Under the pieces are notes generated by a model that was given only the letters and a program-made list of their open reading frames with translations, did not search any database and had not been told where the DNA came from. A stretch of DNA of 44,063 nucleotides from Patescibacteria group bacterium (GTDB lineage: Bacteria; Patescibacteriota; Minisyncoccia; UBA6257; JACRHW01): NCBI GenBank assembly GCA_028865725.1, contig JAGWJP010000005.1, positions 1-44,063 of the forward strand, given 5' to 3'. Position 1 is the stretch's first letter. Every line of letters begins with the position of its first letter. Shown here in pieces: positions 27,468 to 37,481 of this stretch. The position numbers and the translations under genes were made by a program.

Positions 27468-27749
27468 ATGGATAAAACGGAAGGCTTCAAAAAATTTCTT
27501 TATAACCAGGTTGCCCTTGCTGCAGCAATAATCGGAGTAGCCTTCGGAATATTTAACCTTCTGCAGGCTCCCCGTGAAGACATCAAAGTCATAGATGCTC
27601 TAAATAATATCCGGGACAACCACATTCATACCATCGAGGAAAACCTGAAGCGCTTGGACGAGACTCATCAGCAGCAGTTTCTCGATACGAGCGACCGGCT
27701 GACAAAGATCGAGACGATACTTGAAGAAAGGCTTCCGGCTAAAAAATAA
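27468..27749 (+). CDS. Single-TM coiled-coil lysis-module protein (holin/antiholin-like)
   Basis: TM segment VALAAAIIGVAFGIF plus coiled coil, upstream of the endolysin. Confidence 0.6.
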   Translation: MDKTEGFKKFLYNQVALAAAIIGVAFGIFNLLQAPREDIKVIDALNNIRDNHIHTIEENLKRLDETHQQQFLDTSDRLTKIETILEERLPAKK

Positions 27750-27752
27750 TTT

Positions 27753-28355
27753 ATGAACTTACCATTCCAACAGACTCCAAACTATACTCCCGGGCCGACA
27801 AAAAAGACTGCTGTTGTCCTTCATTTCACGTTGGGATCGTACCGGGGAGCGGTTGAATGGCTCTGTAATGCCAACAGGCCAAACAGGTCCTCGTCGCATT
27901 TTATTATCGGACGCAATCCCGGAGAAATAGTTCAGCTGGTGAAGCTTGTAGACGTGGCCTGGCACGCAGGTAACATCAGCAATCCAAATGATCGAGCAAA
28001 GCGAATCATGCTCAAGAATCTTGACGGGTCCTGGGTAAACCCAAATCAATACACTGTCGGCATTGAGCTAGCCGCTGGCTACGACGTGGATCAGGACGGA
28101 ACGGTCGAACCAAATGAAAATGACATCACTGATTGGCAATACGAACAGCTTGTCGAACTAGTGAAGTCATTCATTGGAAACTCGGACGTAGCATTTGTAC
28201 TCGATGAAAAGAACATAATCATTCATGGCGACATTTGCGACTACAAGGAAAAGCCTGAAATTGTCCGTACCGAACTCTTGAAGCGAATGTTTGCCAAGAA
28301 CGGTGACAGGGAAGCCATCAAGGCTCAAATTATTAATTTAGTAAACCAGCTTTAA
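27753..28355 (+). CDS. N-acetylmuramoyl-L-alanine amidase (Amidase_2) endolysin
   Basis: VVLHFT, SSHFII, AWHAG, N..TVGIE, IIIHGD. Confidence 0.92.
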   Translation: MNLPFQQTPNYTPGPTKKTAVVLHFTLGSYRGAVEWLCNANRPNRSSSHFIIGRNPGEIVQLVKLVDVAWHAGNISNPNDRAKRIMLKNLDGSWVNPNQYTVGIELAAGYDVDQDGTVEPNENDITDWQYEQLVELVKSFIGNSDVAFVLDEKNIIIHGDICDYKEKPEIVRTELLKRMFAKNGDREAIKAQIINLVNQL

Positions 28356-28359
28356 TATT

Positions 28360-28539
28360 ATGAAAAGCATATACTCATCAGCGTCAAAGATAGTCTTCAT
28401 TCTGATGGCACTCGCCACGATCGCCGGCATGTTTTACGGCATTGTAGATGCCAAGGATTTCATGATCCTAGCTTCAATGGCGTTCTCGTTCTATTTTGCG
28501 AACAAAGGAGAAACTGGGCAGCCATTTGCGGGGAAATAG
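28360..28539 (+). CDS. 59 aa two-TM holin-like protein (not in the ORF track)
   Basis: MKSIYSSASKIVFILMALATIAGMFYGIVDAKDFMILASMAFSFYFANKGETGQPFAGK. Confidence 0.7.
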   Translation: MKSIYSSASKIVFILMALATIAGMFYGIVDAKDFMILASMAFSFYFANKGETGQPFAGK

Positions 28540-28566
28540 AGTCTTTTGCTGTGGATAACAGCCATA

Positions 28567-28652
28567 TTGACTATTCTAAAAATAGCCTTATGATTAGAAT
28601 AAGGTCAAATATTATTCTAGTCACTGGAATAATAAATTGCCTTATTCTAATC
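28567..28652 (+). promoter_or_regulatory. fic promoter with long inverted repeat
   Basis: TTGACT-16-TATGAT; gattagaataagg(28592)...ccttattctaatc(28652) with nested TATTCTA units. Confidence 0.55.
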
Positions 28653-28659
28653 GCAAAAT

Positions 28660-29760
28660 ATGGCTAAAAACCCACACATTCCAGAGAAATTACCTGTTAA
28701 GGTCGATTATCAAGACCTTTTGACCCAGATAACCAAGGCTCATGGGTCTTTGGCGCGTCTGGATGCCATGATCGGTCAGTTACCGAATCCGAGCCTTCTA
28801 GAGCGTACATTCCTCACCAAGGAAGCTGTATTGAGCTCGCAGATCGAGGGTACACAGGCGACCATCAAAGAAGTTTTTGAATATGAAGCTGAAGGACAGA
28901 AAAAAGACGATTCCAACAAAGGACGCGACATCCAAGAAATCACCAACTATCGTATGGCAATGCGTAAAGGTGTAGAGATGCTCAAGGAACGACCGCTTTC
29001 AGAAAATCTGATCAAAGAATTGCACAAAATTCTCTTGCAGTCGGTCAGAGGTTACAACAAAGCTCCTGGCGAATTCAGAAAGCAACAAGTCTATATCGGC
29101 AAGCCCGGCGTTGGCATCGATGAAGCGTCATATGTTCCACCACCTCCAACAGCAATCTCGGAGCTCTTCAGTAATTTCGAACAATACTTAAATTCAAAAG
29201 ACGAACAGGACGTTTTGGTCCAGATTGCTATCGCGCACTTCCAGTTTGAAGCGATTCACCCGTTCCTGGATGGTAACGGAAGAATTGGACGTCTCCTCAT
29301 CCCGCTATTTCTCTATGATAGGAAGATTTTGTCATACCCGCTTTTGTATCTTTCCCAATATTTCGAGGAAAATCGTCCAGACTACTATCAGTTGCTCAAC
29401 AATATCACCGCAAAGGGCGAGTGGCTGCCTTGGATCAAGTTTTTCCTGCACGCACTAGAGGAGCAGTCAACGAAAGCACAGGAGACATCAAAAAATGTCC
29501 TTAGCCTGTACAAATCATACAAGGAAAAAATCGTCAGCATCAATTCCAAATATGCCCTCAGTCTGCTTGATGCAATTTTTGCGCATCCAGTTTTCTCATA
29601 CAAGAGCATCAAGGATCAGGTTGCGATTAAGAATCCGCAGACTCTCATCACTCTCATTAAAAAATTCGTCGAAGCCGGTATAGTGCAGGAGTCGGAACCA
29701 GAGAGGAAGCGTAATAAGCTGTATGCTTTTGGTGAATTAATGAAGTTGCTTAATCAATAA
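28660..29760 (+). CDS. Fic family protein with C-terminal HTH
   Basis: HPFLDGNGRIGR Fic motif; SSQIEGT inhibitory motif. Confidence 0.95.
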   Translation: MAKNPHIPEKLPVKVDYQDLLTQITKAHGSLARLDAMIGQLPNPSLLERTFLTKEAVLSSQIEGTQATIKEVFEYEAEGQKKDDSNKGRDIQEITNYRMAMRKGVEMLKERPLSENLIKELHKILLQSVRGYNKAPGEFRKQQVYIGKPGVGIDEASYVPPPPTAISELFSNFEQYLNSKDEQDVLVQIAIAHFQFEAIHPFLDGNGRIGRLLIPLFLYDRKILSYPLLYLSQYFEENRPDYYQLLNNITAKGEWLPWIKFFLHALEEQSTKAQETSKNVLSLYKSYKEKIVSINSKYALSLLDAIFAHPVFSYKSIKDQVAIKNPQTLITLIKKFVEAGIVQESEPERKRNKLYAFGELMKLLNQ

Positions 29761-29761
29761 A

Positions 29762-30529
29762 ATGAAAAATAGAGTGAGTATAACAGCAGAATTTGCGGCA
29801 CTGATTAAAGCCAAAGATAACCCCGATTATCTTTATTTTGTATCACCAAAAACTCGTTATATATCGACCATAGTATCGTTCATATTTTCAAAACAATTTC
29901 TTGATAAAATCTTCAGATGGAGGCAACAACTGACTAAGGAAATTGATTCGATAGTGGAACGGGAAAGGCCAAATCTTATTGTTGATTTAGGATCCGGATA
30001 CTCACTCCGTGGGTACACTTTTTGTAGAAAAAATCTTGATCTTGTCTATATCGATACAGATCTGCCGGATGTTATCTCAAATAAATTACAAATTTTGAAC
30101 AAAATAAATAGAATAAAGAGGGTCGAAAATCCTTCAAATCTGCATTTGACCGTATTAGACGTATTAAATGATGATCTTCAGAATATTATTAGTATAAGTA
30201 ATTCAAGGGCAAAAATATTGATCTTGGCAGAGGGTCTAACTTCGTATTTTAGTTTGAATCAACTACAAATATTTTTTGATAATATTTATAAAGTACTTAA
30301 AACTTTCCCGGAGGCTGTATTTTATTCTAACGAAAAAATGAAAGAACCGGGGGGAATCCTGTACAAATTTATTCGAAAGATGTTATCAATCTTTACTCAC
30401 TCAACTGGCCATAGTTTTGATGATAAATATGATTTCATGAAATACATAAGTAAATGGGAAGGGTTAGTGTGCGAATTTGAAGATTGTGATTCGGGTCATT
30501 TAATTTATAAACTTAAATTCCAAAAGTAA
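29762..30529 (+). CDS. Class I SAM-dependent methyltransferase (LCM-like)
   Basis: IVDLGSGYS.RG, IDTDLPDVI, ILAEGLTSY. Confidence 0.85.
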   Translation: MKNRVSITAEFAALIKAKDNPDYLYFVSPKTRYISTIVSFIFSKQFLDKIFRWRQQLTKEIDSIVERERPNLIVDLGSGYSLRGYTFCRKNLDLVYIDTDLPDVISNKLQILNKINRIKRVENPSNLHLTVLDVLNDDLQNIISISNSRAKILILAEGLTSYFSLNQLQIFFDNIYKVLKTFPEAVFYSNEKMKEPGGILYKFIRKMLSIFTHSTGHSFDDKYDFMKYISKWEGLVCEFEDCDSGHLIYKLKFQK

Positions 30530-30530
30530 A

Positions 30531-31229
30531 ATGGATAAACCATACACAACACTTTTCATGCTTATGTCAGTCGATGGAAAAATATCGACTGGTGATTCAG
30601 ATTCAATGGATGTTGATCAAGATTTTCCAAAGATTTCAGGAATCAAGGAGGGATTAAATCAATACTACGAAATTGAAAAACAAACCGACTTCTTCTCTCT
30701 TAATTCTGGTCGGGTATGGGTGAAAATAGGGGCAAATGAAAAAAGAGAAGAACCCAAAAAAATACCTGTAAATTTTGTAGTGATCGATAATAAACCGCAT
30801 TTAAAAGAGACAGGGCTTATTTATTATGCAAAAAAATCTGAGAAGCTAATCATTGTTACAAATAACGAGTCCCACCCAGCATTTGCATTGAAGAATCAAT
30901 ATCAAAATATTGAGCTTATTCTTTATAAAGGGGACATTAATCTAGCCGATCTGTTAGGCAGGCTAAAAACTAAATATGGAGCAAATCGATTGACAATCCA
31001 GACTGGAGGCACACTGAATGCCGAATTTATGAGGCAAGGTTTAATTGATCGGGTGCTGATCGTCGTAGCACCTGCTTTAGTTGGCGGGAAGGATACCTCG
31101 ACATTGATAGATGGGGAATCCTTACACTCGACAAACGAATTATTTAAGATCAAAGCATTGGAATTTGTGCAGGCAAAACCGCTAAATAATTCATATCTAT
31201 TATTGGAATATACTGTAAAAAATATATGA
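30531..31229 (+). CDS. RibD C-terminal/dihydrofolate reductase family protein
   Basis: MSVDGKI, QTGGTLNAEF..GLID, APALVGG. Confidence 0.88.
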   Translation: MDKPYTTLFMLMSVDGKISTGDSDSMDVDQDFPKISGIKEGLNQYYEIEKQTDFFSLNSGRVWVKIGANEKREEPKKIPVNFVVIDNKPHLKETGLIYYAKKSEKLIIVTNNESHPAFALKNQYQNIELILYKGDINLADLLGRLKTKYGANRLTIQTGGTLNAEFMRQGLIDRVLIVVAPALVGGKDTSTLIDGESLHSTNELFKIKALEFVQAKPLNNSYLLLEYTVKNI

Positions 31230-31861
31230 AGAACACCCCTAAAATTCTATTGCTCTCATCGAGCAGATTTTTAATAAATAATCCAAAGGTATTTGATAAG
31301 CCATTCAGAGATCTAAAAATGGCTTACGTTACTACTGCATCAAAGGGTGTAACAAATCTAAGTTATATTGAACGTGAACGGAAATTTTTCAAAGACGAGG
31401 GTTATGTGTACCGAGAATTCGATATTGATGGCCTCACGGAAGATGAGGTGAGAAAGATGCTTCTTGGATTTGATATCGTATACGTGACTGGCGGTAATTC
31501 CTTTTACCTCTTAAAAGCGATAAAAGAGAGTAAATTTGATTTCGTTATAAAAGAGCTTCTAGAAGAAGGTGTCATCTATATGGGAGCAAGTGCAGGAAGC
31601 TATATCGCTTGCCCTACTATTGAAATGGCAAAATGGAAACACCAAGATAAGTACAATCACTACAAAGTAGAGGATTTACATGCAATGAACCTCGTTCCGT
31701 TCCTTGTATCAGTACATTATGCTCCAGAATTTGACGAAGTATTAAAGAAGGGTATTCAAAATTCAAATCTACCAGTGAAGGTTTTGACTGACGAGCAAGC
31801 CGTCCTTATACAGGGATCCGATGTGAAGCTTATTGGTAAGGGTAACGAAATAAAATTATGA
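31226..31861 (+). CDS. Peptidase S51 (peptidase E-like)
   Basis: YVTGGNSFYLL, GASAGS nucleophile motif, VHY. Confidence 0.9.
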   Translation: MKNTPKILLLSSSRFLINNPKVFDKPFRDLKMAYVTTASKGVTNLSYIERERKFFKDEGYVYREFDIDGLTEDEVRKMLLGFDIVYVTGGNSFYLLKAIKESKFDFVIKELLEEGVIYMGASAGSYIACPTIEMAKWKHQDKYNHYKVEDLHAMNLVPFLVSVHYAPEFDEVLKKGIQNSNLPVKVLTDEQAVLIQGSDVKLIGKGNEIKL

Positions 31862-32499
31862 AAATCAAAAAAATTGGACATTGCTGTTTGTTAATAAAAC
31901 TCGATAAAATGACCATCCTTACTGATCCCGGAGCCTTTTCAACTGCTCAAAATGAGGAAATGGATATCGACGTGGTACTTATTACCCATGAACATGCTGA
32001 TCATTTGCATATTGAGTCATTGAAGCAAGTTGTCCTTAATAATCCTAAGGTTAAGGTGATTACAAATTCAGGAGTAGGTGCAAAATTGAAAGATGCTGGC
32101 ATATCGTATGAGTTACTTGAAGGTACTAAATCTACAAAAGTTGGAAACGTCTTTATCGAAGCATTTGATGGTAAACACGAGGAAATTTTTGAAAATGTCG
32201 GCCAGGTACAGAATACCGGATACTTTATAGGTGGAAAACTTTTTTATCCTGGTGATTCATTTTATAATCCGAGCAAACCGGTGGACATACTGGCTCTTCC
32301 TGTTGCTGGCCCATGGTGCAAAATACCGGATGCAATACGCTATGCACTAGCTATAAAACCCAAGAAAGCTTTTCCTGTGCATGACGGGATGCTACAGAAG
32401 GAACGTATCGGTGGATCCCACAAGATTCCAAATCAGATCTTATCTGAAAATAATATTGAATTTATCACTATGAACGAGGGTGATGAGAAGGAATTTTAA
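31858..32499 (+). CDS. MBL-fold metallo-hydrolase
   Basis: GHCC, TDPG, THEHADH, YPGDS, PVHD. Confidence 0.9.
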   Translation: MKIKKIGHCCLLIKLDKMTILTDPGAFSTAQNEEMDIDVVLITHEHADHLHIESLKQVVLNNPKVKVITNSGVGAKLKDAGISYELLEGTKSTKVGNVFIEAFDGKHEEIFENVGQVQNTGYFIGGKLFYPGDSFYNPSKPVDILALPVAGPWCKIPDAIRYALAIKPKKAFPVHDGMLQKERIGGSHKIPNQILSENNIEFITMNEGDEKEF

Positions 32500-32579
32500 T
32501 AGCCCTATTTAGAAATAGGACAATTTATATAGAATAAGAGGGCTACTATACTCGGAGAAAGAAAATTATTCTAATTAAA

Positions 32580-32616
32580 TAAAAAGACCCCTCACGTATT
32601 GCTACGCAAGGGGTCA
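32580..32616 (-). terminator. purL terminator
   Basis: Minus strand gaccccttgcgta-gcaa-tacgtgaggggtc-ttttt. Confidence 0.75.
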
Positions 32617-32639
32617 GGATTGGCCTTGAGAACATTTCC

Positions 32640-35600
32640 CTAAGCCCGATGTTCCATGCACCATTGTCTGGCGTTCTGAAACATTCGGAGCCATGGGGAA
32701 ACCTCGAGGCTTTTCCATGAGCTTGGCTTCCAAGGCCACTGCCACAAACGGAAACAACGCTCGGGGTGAGGCATCATCGCAAGATGACGTCCGTCCGGAG
32801 AGCACAGAGCCGTGATACCGAGCGGCGAACCGTTCGGATTGTACGGATATGCTTCCGTTCGATTGCCGTGCGGATCAAGGTATGCGAGAGGCGAGAGCTT
32901 GCGCTCCAAAACCTGCTGCGCGATCGACTGATCTGGGTAGACCAGCCGACCTTCACCATGAGCGACCCACACGCCGATCCTCGATCCTTCCATGCCGGCA
33001 AGAAGCACTGACGGGCTAGGCAGAATTTCCACCTGCACCCATCGAGACTCAAACCGGCCCGAAGTGTTGTGAACGAATCTCGGCTGCTTTTTACCATCGA
33101 TCCCTTTCCACGGAACCCATCCAAGCAGCGCCATCAGCTGACAGCCGTTACATACGCCGAGCGAGAATGTATCCTCGCGGGCGTAGAAGCGATTGAACAT
33201 CTCCCTCAACTTCTCGTTGAAAAGAATTGTCCCTGCCCAGCCTTTTGCGCTGTCGAACACGTCCATGTAGGAGAATCCGCCGGCAAAGATGATGCCCTGG
33301 AACTGATCCAGATCGATCCTGCCTTCAAGGAGATCACTCATCGTGACTTCCCATGGAGCAAAACCGGCAGCTGCGCATGCAGCAAGCATTTCTCTGTCGC
33401 CGTTTGTGCCTTCCTCGCGCAATACTGCCACGCGAGGTTTATCTGACGCTTCCAAAACTTCCGGAAGCGTTGCCTCTGGAGTGAATGAGAGCTGATACGA
33501 CGGAGCCGTACCGATGCCGGGAAGCTGGTCCTCGTGACCAGAATATTCTTCTTCGGCACATGCAGAGTTCATCTGCAGCTCTTCGATCTTGGTGCTTGTC
33601 GCTTCCCACCAGGACCGGAGTTCCATGGTCGTACTTCTGAACAGTTCTCCGGTATCCTTCGCATCGACGTTGCACGCTGTGCTGTCGAGGGTGATTCCGA
33701 TCGTTGAGATCGACACTTCGAACGATTCGCAGATTTCAAAAACCCGCTTCTCGTTTTCGGTCCCGAGTTCAATGACGAACCCGAGCTCCTCGCCAAACAG
33801 ACTTGCCAAGGCTTCAGCAGCATGAGGGATACTCACACTGAATCCGCACCGGCTCGCCATGCACATCTCGACAACTGCGGTTATGAGGCCGCCGTCACTT
33901 CGATCATGCAGAGACAGAATCAACCCTTCGTCGATCATCTGTTGCACCGCAAGAAACGCGTTCTTGAGGAGCTTGGGATTTTCAACGTCAGGCGACTCAT
34001 CGCCGAGCTGGTCGAACGCTTGAGCCAGAGCTGAACCGCCGAGGCGATTTTTACCCTGTCCAAGATCGATGAGTGCCAAAGCACTCTCGCCAGGTTTCTT
34101 GATGTCCGGCGTGACCTTTTTGGTGATGTCGGGCACGGGTGCGTATCCGAGAATCACCAAACTTCCAGGAGCCTTTACGAGCTCTCCTGAAATCGTTGCT
34201 GCCATTGAAAGGCTGTCCTTTCCGCCATCAACTGCGATGCCGAGCCCGACCATCAAGTCAGACATAGCAACCGCAGCGTCATAGAGTAAGGCTCCTTCGT
34301 GAGGCAGTTTCGCAGGCCACATCCAGTTTGCACGGCACCGGATTTCTCCGATGTCGCTGATCCGCGCCGAGGCCATGTTGGTGAACATTTCTGCCACCGC
34401 CATTCGGGCTCCGGCTTTAGGATCAATCAGCATCTTCACCGGCTGTTCGCCGACTGCAGAGGCGCTTCCGCTCAGACCGAAATGGCTCTGGGCATTCACG
34501 CTTACGTTGGCGATCGGAATCTGGGCGATCCCACAGCATTGCTGCTGCGCGATGAGCCCAGTGACGCTTCGGTCCACCTTGTGAACCAGGAACCCTTTCG
34601 AGCCGACACTGGGAAGCCTGAACACTTTTTCAAGCGCTTCGGCGACCGTGGTATCCGGCAAATCCAGAGGCTTGAGGCCTTCGGTCCGCCGCTTTGACTC
34701 GAACGTCTTCTGAGGCATATTCGTGAGAATCTGCTCTAGGTTGAGACTGACGGGCGTTGTTTGGTTCTCGGCATCCTCGACGATCACGTTTCCGCTGCCA
34801 TCGATTTCTCCAAGAACTTCGCAGTTGACACGCTCGCGTTTGCAGATCGATTTGAAAAGCTCGATCTGTTCCGGCCTGATCAGGAAACCGTATCCCTCTT
34901 GGAATTCGGCGCTCCAGATTTTGAGGACGGACATCGTCTTGTCACCAAGTACGATACCGCGAATGCTGATCTTGCCACCAAGCGGTTCAAGCAATTCCGT
35001 GAGGACGTTGCTCGGACCACCGGCACCTTGATCGTGAATGCTCGAAATGGGATTGCTGTCTCCCATCTCAACACAGGCCCGAATGACACGATTCGCACGA
35101 TTCTCCATCTCCGCGTTGCCACGTTGAACAGAGTTAAAATCGAGCGACTCAGTATTCTGACCTTGCATCATGCTTGAGGCTGAGCCTCCGCCGACCCCAA
35201 TAGGATAGGCAGGACCGCCGATGCGCACGATGAGCATGCCAACCTCAGATGTCTCCTTAGCTGTATGGCCATCGAACAGATGTCCGACACCACCGCTGTA
35301 GAGAATCGGTTTGCGAGGCTCGCGCCATTCGCTTCCGACTGCCTGACCAAATGTTCGGGTGAAGCCGACTGTGAGAGGTTCGCCGAACTGATTGCCGTAG
35401 CTCGACACGCCGTTGCTGCCCTCAATAAGAATCGAAAGCGGCGAAGCGTACTTCGACGGCTTATCCTTGCCGACAACCTCTCCCGGAATTGTGTAACCGG
35501 GAATAAAAAGGTTTCCGACAAAGTAACCGGCGACACCGATGCCGACGATACCACCACGTCCGACTGCTGAGTTGTCGCGTATCCGACCGCCGGCTCCTGT

Positions 35601-36461
35601 CTGAGCTCCGGGGAAGGGCGCGACGAATGTAGGATGGTTGTGCGTTTCTGCGGTACAGGTGATGTGAACCACCTTCTCCATGAGACGCATTTCCGAAGGT
35701 CTGCCCGGCGTGACGGGGAGGATCAGGCGTGTACCGAATCCCTTGATCACACCAGCGTTGTCCCTGAAGGCAACGAGGCTGCAGTTTCCGCTGCCGAGAT
35801 TTTTCAGCGGTCGCTGAACGATCTCAAACAGAGTCTCCTGCATCGGGGTTCCGTCGATGACGATCCTGCCTTTGAAGTACCAGTGCCGGCTGTGCTCGCT
35901 ATTGGCGTTGCCCAGCTGGAATAGTTCAACATCGGTCGGATTCCTTTTCAGGACTTCCGCAAAGAGGTGCTGATAGTACTCGAGGTCCCTGGCATCCATG
36001 CCAAGGCCAAGCGCACTATTCATCTCCTCGAGGGCCACCTTTCCGCGGCCCATGAGATCAATCACTCGGACATTCTCCGGCATGACGCCGGTGTCAAAGG
36101 TTTCGATCCCGCCGGGGTAGTGCTGTTCGGTCATCCGATCAAGACGAGTCTTGAGGATGTCGGCCGAGCTGCCGTTGCCGGCATAGCGGTGAGTGCGCTC
36201 GATGCGCGTGATTCTGCTGAGCCCCATGGCCTGGCAGATTGATACTGCATTCGACGAGAACGGAGTCTCGATCGAGAGCCTGGGTCCAATCTCGACAGCT
36301 TCTGTGAGGCTGGGTTCGAGTCCGGTTTTGGCCGGCTCGAACGTTTCTGCGATGAGCCATTGGAGCTTCCTGAGCTCCTGCTCGGACAGCTGGCCTGTGG
36401 TTTCAGCATAAAAACCAAGTTCCAGTCCTCTGTCCATCTGTCGGTACATGCGATAGATCAT
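32640..36461 (-). CDS. purL: Phosphoribosylformylglycinamidine synthase, large fused type
   Basis: NSEHSRH, ETHNHPT, IHDQGAGG, GGKDSLS, HDRSDGG, glutaminase GVCNGCQ and MMPHPER. Confidence 0.97.
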   Translation of the reverse strand: MIYRMYRQMDRGLELGFYAETTGQLSEQELRKLQWLIAETFEPAKTGLEPSLTEAVEIGPRLSIETPFSSNAVSICQAMGLSRITRIERTHRYAGNGSSADILKTRLDRMTEQHYPGGIETFDTGVMPENVRVIDLMGRGKVALEEMNSALGLGMDARDLEYYQHLFAEVLKRNPTDVELFQLGNANSEHSRHWYFKGRIVIDGTPMQETLFEIVQRPLKNLGSGNCSLVAFRDNAGVIKGFGTRLILPVTPGRPSEMRLMEKVVHITCTAETHNHPTFVAPFPGAQTGAGGRIRDNSAVGRGGIVGIGVAGYFVGNLFIPGYTIPGEVVGKDKPSKYASPLSILIEGSNGVSSYGNQFGEPLTVGFTRTFGQAVGSEWREPRKPILYSGGVGHLFDGHTAKETSEVGMLIVRIGGPAYPIGVGGGSASSMMQGQNTESLDFNSVQRGNAEMENRANRVIRACVEMGDSNPISSIHDQGAGGPSNVLTELLEPLGGKISIRGIVLGDKTMSVLKIWSAEFQEGYGFLIRPEQIELFKSICKRERVNCEVLGEIDGSGNVIVEDAENQTTPVSLNLEQILTNMPQKTFESKRRTEGLKPLDLPDTTVAEALEKVFRLPSVGSKGFLVHKVDRSVTGLIAQQQCCGIAQIPIANVSVNAQSHFGLSGSASAVGEQPVKMLIDPKAGARMAVAEMFTNMASARISDIGEIRCRANWMWPAKLPHEGALLYDAAVAMSDLMVGLGIAVDGGKDSLSMAATISGELVKAPGSLVILGYAPVPDITKKVTPDIKKPGESALALIDLGQGKNRLGGSALAQAFDQLGDESPDVENPKLLKNAFLAVQQMIDEGLILSLHDRSDGGLITAVVEMCMASRCGFSVSIPHAAEALASLFGEELGFVIELGTENEKRVFEICESFEVSISTIGITLDSTACNVDAKDTGELFRSTTMELRSWWEATSTKIEELQMNSACAEEEYSGHEDQLPGIGTAPSYQLSFTPEATLPEVLEASDKPRVAVLREEGTNGDREMLAACAAAGFAPWEVTMSDLLEGRIDLDQFQGIIFAGGFSYMDVFDSAKGWAGTILFNEKLREMFNRFYAREDTFSLGVCNGCQLMALLGWVPWKGIDGKKQPRFVHNTSGRFESRWVQVEILPSPSVLLAGMEGSRIGVWVAHGEGRLVYPDQSIAQQVLERKLSPLAYLDPHGNRTEAYPYNPNGSPLGITALCSPDGRHLAMMPHPERCFRLWQWPWKPSSWKSLEVSPWLRMFQNARQWCMEHRA

Positions 36462-36537
36462 TGGCTTCTCCTTTTCTGTGTTTGTTTACGTTTGTGATGA
36501 CAAATAACTATGCACCTACACAGGTGCTCTGACGCCT

Positions 36538-36565
36538 ATACTACTCAAAATTGGACTTAAAGCAA
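36538..36565 (-). promoter_or_regulatory. purL promoter, homologous to the purD/purM promoters
   Basis: TTGCTTtaagtccaattttgagTAGTAT versus TTGCTTtttgtcaaattttgagTAGTAT. Confidence 0.65.
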
Positions 36566-36645
36566 GAAAAATTGCTAAATATTTTTATAAAAAAATGAGC
36601 GGTCCTTTTTCAGAACCGCCCATGGGTAAGCGTGCTGTCTGTGCT

Positions 36646-37317
36646 TCACGCAAAACATTCGATTGAGTATCCAGCAGGAACTTCGAGCGAGCCGGGATTT
36701 ATACCGTCCCACTTGATCAGACCGTTGACAACCATGCTGGTAATCCTAGGCTGGTGGATGTGCTCCTGCTGATTGACCCGAGTTCCGATCGTATCTGCCG
36801 TATCATCGTCATTGATTTTGACCATGCACCGGAAGAAAACCGGTCCGCGGTCGTATTCACCGGTGACGAAGTGCATGGAAACGGCTGAATGCTCGATCTC
36901 GCGCCTGCCGAATGCAGCGATGACAGCTTCGTGGACGTGATGTCCGTAGAGTCCCGGTCCTCCGAACTCCGGAAGCGGTCCCGGATGGATGTTGAAGACT
37001 GTTCGTGAGTTGAAGCGTGTTGTCGGATCGAGTCCGGTTACAAGCTTCAGCCATCCGGAGAGGGCGAAGAAGTCTGCTCCCGAATCGGTAGCAAACTTTT
37101 GATATGCCTCGCCGATCCATGGCTTCGGAAAATGCAGGAAGGGAACTCCGATCTTGCCAGCCCTTGCGCGCACACCGCCGTTTGCATGATTTGAAACAAC
37201 TGCGACGATGTCCGCATCAAGCGCTCCGCCTCTGGAAGCAAGAACGAGCTTTTCGAAGCCCGATCCGCCGCCTTCGGCCGATCCTGATGCAAAGACGAGA
37301 ACTTTTGATCTGCTCAT
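36646..37317 (-). CDS. purN: Phosphoribosylglycinamide formyltransferase
   Basis: VFASG...GSG, LSGW, NIHPG.LP.FGG.G.YG, MHFV...YDRGP. Confidence 0.92.
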   Translation of the reverse strand: MSRSKVLVFASGSAEGGGSGFEKLVLASRGGALDADIVAVVSNHANGGVRARAGKIGVPFLHFPKPWIGEAYQKFATDSGADFFALSGWLKLVTGLDPTTRFNSRTVFNIHPGPLPEFGGPGLYGHHVHEAVIAAFGRREIEHSAVSMHFVTGEYDRGPVFFRCMVKINDDDTADTIGTRVNQQEHIHQPRITSMVVNGLIKWDGINPGSLEVPAGYSIECFA

Positions 37318-37408
37318 TTTCTTGTCTCCTTTGATTGGTGGTTTAAAATATCGGTTCTGAAAACAAGTATTGACTAAAATATATTATTTTGCAACTTTCC
37401 AAGCCTTG

Positions 37409-37472
37409 TTGCTTTTTGTCAAATTTTGAGTAGTATCATCTTCAGAACTGAACCTTTAACAAAGAAAAGGAG
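37409..37472 (+). repeat. 64-bp promoter/RBS block, copy 1 (purD)
   Basis: Exact copy at 38833-38896; contains TTGCTT-16-TAGTAT and AAGGAG. Confidence 0.9.
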
Positions 37473-37481
37473 AACCAAGTC

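Noticed and set aside
10486-28539. Gene transfer agent instead of a prophage
   Set aside because: A replication initiator with origin, RusA, an integrase and att sites are present, which favours a prophage; domestication cannot be excluded.
32766-36418. Numerous 60-140 aa ORFs antisense to or overlapping purL (and similar ones across zwf, ychF and the phage genes)
   Set aside because: Shadow ORFs of long genes with no recognisable motifs or expression signals.
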